NCBI GenBank assembly: GCA_038127595.1
Contig: JAYPIC010000053.1
Coordinates: 1-11,475, forward strand
DNA: 11,475 nt
DNA from: a bacterium
Lineage (GTDB): Bacteria; Fidelibacterota; Marinisomatia; Marinisomatales; UBA1611
Direction: 5' to 3'
Numbering within the stretch: position 1 is the first letter of the stretch; each line of letters starts with the position of its first letter. The position numbers and the translations under genes are program-made. This document shows positions 1-6,956 of the stretch, one piece after another. Below the pieces are notes generated by a model, which was given only the letters and a program-made list of their open reading frames with translations, ran no database searches and had not been told where the DNA came from.

Positions 1-48
1 ACTATCTACTTTTATTTTTTTAATTGTTATGTTTATTGCATTTAGCAT
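1..48 (-). CDS. Possible 5' end of a gene running off the left edge (MLNAINITIKKIKVDS...)
   Basis: ATG at 48-46 on the minus strand, open for 16 codons to the edge, same orientation as the upstream operon. Too short to identify and no clear SD. Confidence 0.25.
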   Translation of the reverse strand, partial: MLNAINITIKKIKVDS

Positions 49-70
49 AGTTTAATATTACTACAAAATT

Positions 71-138
71 AATTACGGACAATATTTAGCTTTGTGTGAC
101 TCGGGGTGAGCGCTATGGGAGAAATATTGCCCGTAATT
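71..138 (-). other. Long stem-loop immediately 3' of the ABC permease operon (17-bp arms, 34-nt GC-rich interior)
   Basis: AATTACGGACAATATTT (71-87) and AAATATTGCCCGTAATT (122-138) are inverted repeats. Their single mismatch is a G-U pair on the minus-strand RNA. The structure starts directly after the stop codon at 139-141. Confidence 0.7.
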
Positions 139-1458
139 TTAATTTTTAAACTCTTGAAGATATTCAATGTATCTTTTTTTATCAATTATCTCCTTATTCC
201 ACGTATCTCTAAGTATGAATTCTATTTTTTTATCAATTGTATTTTGTATGTTTTCCCTATATCGTCTATATGCATAATAATCAGTCATGGAGATCTCATT
301 GATCTTATTTTGAAAATACATTATAGGATTTAAATTGAATGTACTTCTTACATAATCATTTTTTAATTCGTTTTCTTTTTCAATTTTTACAGCAGCTTTT
401 TTATTTAAAATATTTACCAGACCTGAAATACTTCTATTAACGATACCTTTATCAACTATGGTGTCTTGCGCGTAAATAGAATTTTTTAAACTAGGGAAAG
501 ACTTTAATAGTTCTTTTTGCAACGTATCGGTCGACATATCAAAAATTTCATATCTTTGATCTCTAGCTACATCAAGATAGTCAACCATATAATTTGTAGA
601 AAATTTTATTGATGCTATTTGGTGAAATAAACCAGGCATAATAATTGATAAGACTGCCCATATCGAAATCATTTTTATTGCCTGGTCGACACTACCTTTA
701 CCCCAATAATTAATTAAATAAAAAACAGAAGTCCATAAAAAAACGTATAAAAGGATTAAAGCTAACAGCTTAAAAAAACTCGTCAATTCATTTGTGAGCG
801 CACCTGATAAAATCGCATATGGTATCAGTAAGAAACATATTAGTAAGAACACAAACAAGAAATAATATGAAAACCTGATCGTCAGCCAAGCCTTTTTGGA
901 AATATTATTTAAATAAATTAGCTTATCAAAACCATTATCTTTTTCTAGCCCACCTATGTTAAATAATAAAATGATAAGTAAAATAGGTGTCAAAAATAAT
1001 AAGACAAAACTAAAATCCAGGGTTCCCAAAGCCAATCGTTCAGGATTTGCAATTTCCTCAGCAAGATCATTATCAAATATAGTGCTCCAATTAGTGGCCT
1101 TTTTATAATAGCCATATTGCTCTGCCTGTCCTGTACTAAAAACAATCATTGGCGATGGATTTTTTAGAACATAAGATGGTGTATTCCATATCGCCCAATA
1201 AGGAATAGTGGGATCTCTTCGAGGTTTTTCAATTAAGCCTTGCTCAAGTTCATCATACTGAACTAACATTTCATTCTCAAAGTCTAAATTTTTACTTTTA
1301 ATACTTTTTATTTCTACGTTGTGTTTTTTAAAAACAGCATAGCTTGTTTGACAACCATAAAAAATTGAAAAAGCATACAATAATATTGAAATAATTTTAT
1401 ATGGAGCATTGACCAAGTGAAAATATTCAAATTTTAAAATATTTAAATATTTATTCAT
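139..1458 (-). CDS. ABC transporter permease, DUF3526/ABC-2-like family (second subunit)
   Basis: 439 aa with an N-terminal TM, a large extracytoplasmic loop, NPERLALGTLDFSFVLLFLTPILLI followed by EKDNG, further TMs and a C-terminal soluble domain. Its start overlaps the upstream permease stop (ATGA, 1455-1458). It lies downstream of an ABC ATPase. Confidence 0.85.
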   Translation of the reverse strand: MNKYLNILKFEYFHLVNAPYKIISILLYAFSIFYGCQTSYAVFKKHNVEIKSIKSKNLDFENEMLVQYDELEQGLIEKPRRDPTIPYWAIWNTPSYVLKNPSPMIVFSTGQAEQYGYYKKATNWSTIFDNDLAEEIANPERLALGTLDFSFVLLFLTPILLIILLFNIGGLEKDNGFDKLIYLNNISKKAWLTIRFSYYFLFVFLLICFLLIPYAILSGALTNELTSFFKLLALILLYVFLWTSVFYLINYWGKGSVDQAIKMISIWAVLSIIMPGLFHQIASIKFSTNYMVDYLDVARDQRYEIFDMSTDTLQKELLKSFPSLKNSIYAQDTIVDKGIVNRSISGLVNILNKKAAVKIEKENELKNDYVRSTFNLNPIMYFQNKINEISMTDYYAYRRYRENIQNTIDKKIEFILRDTWNKEIIDKKRYIEYLQEFKN

Positions 1459-2858
1459 ACCAAGATATCTCTTTTAATTTTATATCTAATTAAATATCCA
1501 GCCAAGATTCCCCATGCAATTAACGCAAGGATATCAGTAAGATAATTTCCAATTTGATTTTTAATCAGCATAGTCTGATAGTCAAAATTTTTTACAGATC
1601 TAAAGAACGTATTATCGACAGTCCACCTCCACTCACCAGTTTTTGAGCCACCATGTGCATGTTTATCATTCAACGTTTTAATAAGATATCTTCTGTAATA
1701 CTCAGCTTTTTTTAAAAAGTCTAAATGATGGATCATATCACTTCCACAAAATCCCATACTAAGATTTTGTAGGGATGAAAAAGGATTTAATAGTCCAGAT
1801 AATTGGTATAGCTTTTTTTGTTTTTGATAAATTAAATAATTATTTCCAAAATGTTTATCCCATACCTGATTACCATACTCTTCATCAGCCTGCATAACAA
1901 TTCCATCAAAATTAATAGGTAGTTGACTAAGGCTATCTACTTTATACTTAATTAAATATTCTTTTTCTAGTTTAGACCGTCTCTCATCTCTTGGATTATG
2001 ACCGTCGATACCTTTAGAACGATCTTCTTTCATTTGAGCAATGAAATTTTGTCGGCTTGGTAAGGGATGAACCTTTTCAATAGTATTACCCCAAATTTTA
2101 GGTAAGAATATTGTCCAAACTATCCAAGTCGCTAAAAGTAATGATATTGCTGAAGTATTATTTTTAAGCCTGGCAGAGATAAAAGTGGATAAACAAACCA
2201 CAATTAAGTAATACAGACCATATGATATAAAAGTAAGCCCTAATCTTAATGCAGTATCCAAAGCTAAAGGGCCAAGTAATAATTGTAAAAAAACTGAGAG
2301 CATGATAAGCATTAATCCATAAAACCAAATACTAATAGATTTAGATAAAATTAATTTCTCCGGAGAAATCCCTTGCAGAGCTATAAGCTTCATTCTTCCA
2401 GTTTCTTTATCATTAGTTATAGAGCCAAAAGATAAAAAAATAAGAAATAAAGGCACTACATACTGTAGGATTATGGAAGGTTTAAGTTTACCAAATTTTG
2501 AAATTGTCATTGACTGTGATGCTTCTGAATGCACAATCTCATTTTGGACATGACCCTCAAGTTTTAAAACATTACCTGTTATAGAACCAACCCCATCATC
2601 TAAGCTGTTTAAAATACTTATTGGTTTAAAAACATAAACACCATAGTGAGCTGCCCTATGTGGGTTCATTGGCTCCAAATTATCCCACTGCGACCTAATA
2701 TGTTTTTCAGCTGCGGCTTGAGCTTTGCTTTGGTTTTCACTTTGTAAGTTGCTCATCCAGGCTAAAGATATAATACTCAGAATGAATATTAATGAGACAT
2801 AAACAATAGAACGATTACGAAATAATATTTTCCACTCATTAAGAATTATTACAATCAT
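1455..2858 (-). CDS. ABC transporter permease, DUF3526/ABC-2-like family
   Basis: 467 aa with motifs NPHRAAHYGVYVFKP, LEGHVQN, DKETGRMKL, GIDGHNP and LPINFDG, which I recognise from DUF3526 permeases. Multiple TM segments. Confidence 0.88.
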   Translation of the reverse strand: MIVIILNEWKILFRNRSIVYVSLIFILSIISLAWMSNLQSENQSKAQAAAEKHIRSQWDNLEPMNPHRAAHYGVYVFKPISILNSLDDGVGSITGNVLKLEGHVQNEIVHSEASQSMTISKFGKLKPSIILQYVVPLFLIFLSFGSITNDKETGRMKLIALQGISPEKLILSKSISIWFYGLMLIMLSVFLQLLLGPLALDTALRLGLTFISYGLYYLIVVCLSTFISARLKNNTSAISLLLATWIVWTIFLPKIWGNTIEKVHPLPSRQNFIAQMKEDRSKGIDGHNPRDERRSKLEKEYLIKYKVDSLSQLPINFDGIVMQADEEYGNQVWDKHFGNNYLIYQKQKKLYQLSGLLNPFSSLQNLSMGFCGSDMIHHLDFLKKAEYYRRYLIKTLNDKHAHGGSKTGEWRWTVDNTFFRSVKNFDYQTMLIKNQIGNYLTDILALIAWGILAGYLIRYKIKRDILV

Positions 2859-2867
2859 TGATATAAA

Positions 2868-3569
2868 TTAGCCTCTCATATAATCAATATATATATTCTC
2901 AAGCTCATTTGTTGTGACTTTGGATGTGTCCATTTGATCAATTAAACTTCCATTTTTGAGTATTCCTATTCTGTCACAAGTTTCGCGCACTCTAAAGATA
3001 TCATGAGATGCCATCAATACAGCAGTGCCTTTTTCAGCGAGGGACTTTAAAGTGGTAGAGAGTTCTGTGCTTGCTAGTGGATCTAATCCGCTAGCAGGTT
3101 CATCTAAAAGTAAAACCTTAGCTTTTTTTGCAAATGCAATAGCAATACCAACTTTTTGCCTCATCCCTTTTGAATAAGATCCTACCTTTTTATAAATGGC
3201 ATCTGAATCTAGTCCACAATCATTTAATATTTTGGATAAGGCTTCATCATCATAGTCATCCCCTGCTATTTTACAAAAATAATTTAAATTTTCAAGTCCA
3301 GTTAAATAAGGGTATAAGTTTACATTTTCAGATATATACCCTATTTTTTTTCGAGCATTATCAGCATGTTTAGTAACATTTATACCATCTATAAACGCCT
3401 CTCCATTATCTGGCTCTAAAAAGCCAAGTAAGATATTTATCGTTGTAGATTTCCCTGCTCCATTTGACCCTAGGAGGCCATAAATTTCACCCTCAGTTAT
3501 TTCAATTGATAAATTTTTTACAGCTACAAAACCACCAAAACTTTTCGTTATATTTTTCAAACTAATCAT
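2868..3569 (-). CDS. ABC transporter ATP-binding protein
   Basis: Walker A GSNGAGKST, signature YSKGMRQ, Walker B LLLDEP and H-loop SHD. GGAG SD at 3581-3584. Confidence 0.97.
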   Translation of the reverse strand: MISLKNITKSFGGFVAVKNLSIEITEGEIYGLLGSNGAGKSTTINILLGFLEPDNGEAFIDGINVTKHADNARKKIGYISENVNLYPYLTGLENLNYFCKIAGDDYDDEALSKILNDCGLDSDAIYKKVGSYSKGMRQKVGIAIAFAKKAKVLLLDEPASGLDPLASTELSTTLKSLAEKGTAVLMASHDIFRVRETCDRIGILKNGSLIDQMDTSKVTTNELENIYIDYMRG

Positions 3570-3584
3570 TATTTAATTATCTCC

Positions 3585-5795
3585 CTAAAAATTAACTTTA
3601 TACCTTAAGTTTATGCCTCTACCTGGCTCAGGCATGATCATTTTTATTTTTGATAAATGATTATAATAAGTCTCATCTAAGATATTTGTAACCTGAAAAA
3701 TTATTTGATGGATATTTTCATTTTTACTAAAAGTATATGAGCAGTTATAGTTCAGTAGTTTGTAACCATCAGTAGGATATTCAAATTCCCCAAGTTTATT
3801 TTGATCAGATACGAAAATACCCTCTATTGTGTTATTTAGAAAAGAAACCCTCTTTTCTAACTGAATTCTGAGTAGATCAGGCGGAATGTATGCTAGTGGC
3901 TCGTCATCTTCTAAATTAAGCCCTCTGCAAATTGATGCATTCGCTAATAAATTAAAATATTTTAGATTTAATTTAGTACTTGGTTCAAATCCTTGGATCA
4001 AGGTTTCTTTCCCATAGAGTTTGTATTTATAAAGCCACCCAGCAGATCCGCTACCCCATTCGATCCAGGTTGCCCCCGGTATATAACCATCTCCCTCTTT
4101 TTGGAGTATATGAAAATTAGTACTATAATTAATGTAACTAGTGAGTTTTAGTTCATGACCCTTGCCGAAGAAGGAAGTCGTATTTTCAAAGCCTATTGTA
4201 TTTTCCTGTTCAAGGTTTGGTTCACCGATTTCATAAGAATAGGTGCCTAGATGGGGGCCATCAGAAAATAGGTCTTCGATTCTTGGAGCACGGCTTGTAA
4301 AAAGGAGATGATTGTATATGGAAATATTATCCCAATTTTTTTGAGCAGAAGCTCCCAATGAGGCTAGTAAATAATCTCGTTTTCTTACATCATCTGCATC
4401 AATATTTGAGAAGAAGGTATCATCAGCACTAGGGTTTATTGAACGATACTCTACTCTTCCAGAAAATTGATACTTTTTATTTGTAAGGTTTTTAGTATGT
4501 ACTCCGAACAAGGAGAATTTCATTTCATTCGTGTTGGGAGTCCATATAAAACCTTTGGTGAAATAATTTCTATTTTGAAAATTTGCTCCAATTTTAAGAT
4601 TTTTTCCTGTAAGCATTGCATTGAAATAAATAATGTCTTGACGCAGGTCTACAGATGCATAGTTTGAGCCTTTTACAAATTCTTTATGGCCGTATTTAAC
4701 ATATCCTTGTTCCAGGTCTAGGATATTAAATGAAAGGTGATTTATATCGCTATGATATTTTAGTTTCTGTGTATGGTTCTTTAGAGCAAGATCAACGCCA
4801 TTAATATGTCCTTCAGGACTTCCTGGGATTCCATAATTCATTGAAAAATCTTTTAATTCAATGGTGATCAGATCTTTTTCTCCAAATTTAGTCAAACCAA
4901 GTGTCAGGTCATTTTTTTCTAATGCAGTATTTTTCAAAGTGCCAATTGGTGAAGACTGATCATGTGCTGATCTGTTGTTTAGGGATAATGAAAATTGATA
5001 GTCATTTAAAGGAATGTTGACTTCAGAACCAATCAAATTCGACTGATTAGAGCTTTCATGGCCAAATAATAGTTTGTAATTAGTTGATGATAATTTTTTT
5101 GGGTTTTTAAAAGGCGTTATAATGTTAATTATCCCCGCAATAGTATTTGAACCGTATGCGAGAGTTTCTGGGCCTCTCATAATTTCGACACCGTCTGCTG
5201 CAGAAATTTCCATACTCACAGCGTGGTCGGCAGTTGTATTAGACATATCGCCGAGTTCAAAACCATCACTAGTAATTAAGAATCTATCGCCTGAGTAACC
5301 TCTTAATATAGGTCTCTGTGTTGCTTGGCCTGAAGATCTAATTGCTATACCTGATTCGCCAGATAATGTTGTCGCGAGATCACTAATTATATTTTTTTCT
5401 AATTTATTACCGACCATTGTTATTGAGGATGGTGCTTTACTTTGATTGCTTTCTTTGTGTGAATGAACCGTTATAGCGTTCATTTTAATTGCTTTCGGGT
5501 TTAGAAATACTTTTATGGTTTGATCATTATTGCTTTGATTAATTACTATGCTAGTATCTTTAAAGCCTATCATTGTAAAAATAAGTTTATTTTCAATTGG
5601 GGCTTTTAACTCAAGGCTGAATCTTCCTTCATTGTCAGAAGATGTACCGTTATCATCATTTTCAATAATTATATTTACACCAGCAATAGGTTCTTGATTT
5701 GTTTTATCAAGGATGATTCCTTTTACACTAAATACGTCATTTGAGTATAGACTTGAAGAAAATAAAAGAATGATGAATGAATATATGCAGCGCAC
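3585..5795 (-). CDS. TonB-dependent receptor, ZnuD-like, with N-terminal carboxypeptidase-regulatory-like domain
   Basis: 736 aa, GTG start, signal peptide. N-terminal domain VKGIILDKTNQEPIAGVNI...GTSSDNEGRF. Plug RPILRGYSGDR...DMSNTTADHAV and EIMRGPETLAYGSNTIAGIIN. Barrel motifs LFSDGPHLGTYSYEIG and NILDETYYNHLS, C-terminal Phe. The DHAV, GPH and NHLS motifs resemble ZnuD-type zinc receptors; the substrate is inferred. Confidence 0.92.
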   Translation of the reverse strand: MRCIYSFIILLFSSSLYSNDVFSVKGIILDKTNQEPIAGVNIIIENDDNGTSSDNEGRFSLELKAPIENKLIFTMIGFKDTSIVINQSNNDQTIKVFLNPKAIKMNAITVHSHKESNQSKAPSSITMVGNKLEKNIISDLATTLSGESGIAIRSSGQATQRPILRGYSGDRFLITSDGFELGDMSNTTADHAVSMEISAADGVEIMRGPETLAYGSNTIAGIINIITPFKNPKKLSSTNYKLLFGHESSNQSNLIGSEVNIPLNDYQFSLSLNNRSAHDQSSPIGTLKNTALEKNDLTLGLTKFGEKDLITIELKDFSMNYGIPGSPEGHINGVDLALKNHTQKLKYHSDINHLSFNILDLEQGYVKYGHKEFVKGSNYASVDLRQDIIYFNAMLTGKNLKIGANFQNRNYFTKGFIWTPNTNEMKFSLFGVHTKNLTNKKYQFSGRVEYRSINPSADDTFFSNIDADDVRKRDYLLASLGASAQKNWDNISIYNHLLFTSRAPRIEDLFSDGPHLGTYSYEIGEPNLEQENTIGFENTTSFFGKGHELKLTSYINYSTNFHILQKEGDGYIPGATWIEWGSGSAGWLYKYKLYGKETLIQGFEPSTKLNLKYFNLLANASICRGLNLEDDEPLAYIPPDLLRIQLEKRVSFLNNTIEGIFVSDQNKLGEFEYPTDGYKLLNYNCSYTFSKNENIHQIIFQVTNILDETYYNHLSKIKMIMPEPGRGINLRYKVNF

Positions 5796-5816
5796 AGCTA
5801 TGACAGTTGTTTATTG

Positions 5817-5858
5817 AAACCAGAAGCTGTCTAAATATTTTTAAACAGCTTCCAGTTC
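5817..5858 (-). other. Intercistronic RNA hairpin between the lipoprotein and TBDR genes (stabiliser or partial terminator)
   Basis: Core GAAGCTGT (5823-5830) / ACAGCTTC (5845-5852). It extends to about 19 bp with a 4-nt loop, and all imperfect pairs are G-U on the minus strand. Confidence 0.7.
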
Positions 5859-5870
5859 GATTTGTTTTAG

Positions 5871-6392
5871 TTAATTAACAGTTACAACAACATCATTCGT
5901 AGATGTATAGTCTGCATGACCATCATGCATTAATTGAAGAGTAAAGGATGTACTACCTGAATTTACTCCAATGATGTGTAAAGCAGCTCCATGCTCTTCA
6001 TCATGGTCATGATCGTGGTCATCACCTTCTTCCTCATGTTCCACTTCAACGATAGCAATGCTAGCATTAGCACCAGACACTTCTAATTCACCTTCTTCAT
6101 GTTCTTCACCTTCTTCTTCCTCATGCTCGATTTCCTCACCTTCATGATTTAAAAAATGAACTGCGAGCTCTAAAGTGTCTCCGACATTTAATGATACAGA
6201 ACCAGTAACAGAACCTTCAAATTCTCTATAAATTTCAGTTCCATTGCTTTCTAAAATGAATCCATCGGCATCTGTGTGTTCACGGTCATGATTATCGTGG
6301 TCGTCATCCTCACAACCTGTTGTGAACAATAGTACGAAAGAAAGTAAAAATATAGCATGCGCTTTAACGGCGCGTAAAAAAGATAATTGCAT
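5871..6392 (-). CDS. Acidic His-rich lipoprotein, putative metal-binding partner of the TBDR
   Basis: 173 aa. Signal peptide ending in a lipobox-like FTTG-C27. 16 His, including tracts DDDHDNHDREH, HEEEEGEEHEE and HEEEGDDHDHDHDEEH. SD AGGAG at 6401-6405. Confidence 0.85.
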   Translation of the reverse strand: MQLSFLRAVKAHAIFLLSFVLLFTTGCEDDDHDNHDREHTDADGFILESNGTEIYREFEGSVTGSVSLNVGDTLELAVHFLNHEGEEIEHEEEEGEEHEEGELEVSGANASIAIVEVEHEEEGDDHDHDHDEEHGAALHIIGVNSGSTSFTLQLMHDGHADYTSTNDVVVTVN

Positions 6393-6400
6393 TTTATATG

Positions 6401-6473
6401 CTCCTATAAAAATAGATTAACTGCTAATCACAACCGTTGTAATTAGCTAAAATAAAAGTTGATTTATAGGTAG
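6401..6473 (-). promoter_or_regulatory. SD-sequestering mRNA structure linking the leader ORF 3' end to the lipoprotein RBS
   Basis: On the minus strand, CCUAUAAA (6470-6463, end of the Tyr-Leu-stop codons) pairs with UUUAUAGG (6410-6403, overlapping the AGGAG SD). This encloses an inner hairpin GCUAAUUACAACGGUUGUGAUUAGC (6447-6423). Confidence 0.7.
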
Positions 6474-6811
6474 GTAGGTGGGGCCCTTGAACTATTAGAA
6501 TGGTGGCCAACACTTTTAATAAATGAGCTAGCATCATTCTTGAAAGTTAAAACTGAGTTATTATGAATAGAATTAATATGAACATTTATGAAAAACTTAT
6601 GCTTCCCTGAATTATTAATACAATCTTCGCACTCGTTGTGCATTGAATGGTGTTCAGCAGTATCACAACCTTGATTACAGATACCGTATCCCTCTTCAAA
6701 ATGGTGGGCATGTTCATCTAGATTTAAGCCAGTAAAAACTAATAAGAAAGATAATAAGTACTGGTTAAATACTTTGATGTAGCTCATTATGTTACTTTTA
6801 TTTCTGTTCAT
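6464..6811 (-). CDS. His/Cys-rich leader peptide with C-terminal RAPP arrest motif (DUF2946/CruR/CutF-like)
   Basis: 115 aa (alternative start Met9 at 6787). Hydrophobic YLLSFLLVFTGL, then HAHH, CNQGC, HHSMH and CEDC; ends SRAPPTYL. It is the first ORF of the TBDR operon. Confidence 0.8.
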   Translation of the reverse strand: MNRNKSNIMSYIKVFNQYLLSFLLVFTGLNLDEHAHHFEEGYGICNQGCDTAEHHSMHNECEDCINNSGKHKFFINVHINSIHNNSVLTFKNDASSFIKSVGHHSNSSRAPPTYL

Positions 6812-6922
6812 AATTAGGTTGAAAGCTAAGCAATTTCTATTTAAAAAATAAAAAAACTATCTCATTGGAAATTACTTTAATTGTTTATAAAAAATTTAAT
6901 AACCTTTATAACTCCACATTGA

Positions 6923-6953
6923 TTGTGGCTTTTAGAGTTTTGAATTATATTCG
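6923..6953 (+). promoter_or_regulatory. Candidate promoter for the DASS gene
   Basis: TTGTGG (6923-6928), 17 bp, TATATT (6946-6951). TATATTCG is also one mismatch from the Bacteroidota TAnnTTTG element. The AT-rich background makes this weak. Confidence 0.3.
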
Positions 6954-6956
6954 CAT

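Noticed and set aside
98..136. Plus-strand GACTCGGGGTG...GAGAAATA...CCCGTA resembles the 5' half of a TPP riboswitch
   Set aside because: The conserved UGAGA is GGAGA here and the 3' half (CUGAU...UAAU...GCGUAGG) is absent. It would also point antisense into the permease gene. An Rfam TPP scan would settle it.
106..333. 75-aa plus-strand ORF
   Set aside because: Antisense shadow of the permease gene with no recognisable motif.
3170..3373. 67-aa plus-strand His-rich ORF (LHHHSHP)
   Set aside because: Lies wholly antisense within the ABC ATPase gene. The His codons derive from the complement of the GDDYDDE-coding stretch.
4467..4667. 66-aa plus-strand ORF
   Set aside because: Antisense within the TBDR gene.
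5990..6150. Short tandem-like repeats (ccttcttc, tcatg) as a CRISPR array or DNA repeat element
   Set aside because: Explained by Glu/His/Asp codon runs in the lipoprotein; no regular repeat-spacer period.
6812..6956. Zur/Fur box in the divergent promoter region (GTTAT/ATAAC half-sites near 6883-6912)
   Set aside because: No properly spaced palindrome, and the matches are not distinguishable from AT-rich background.
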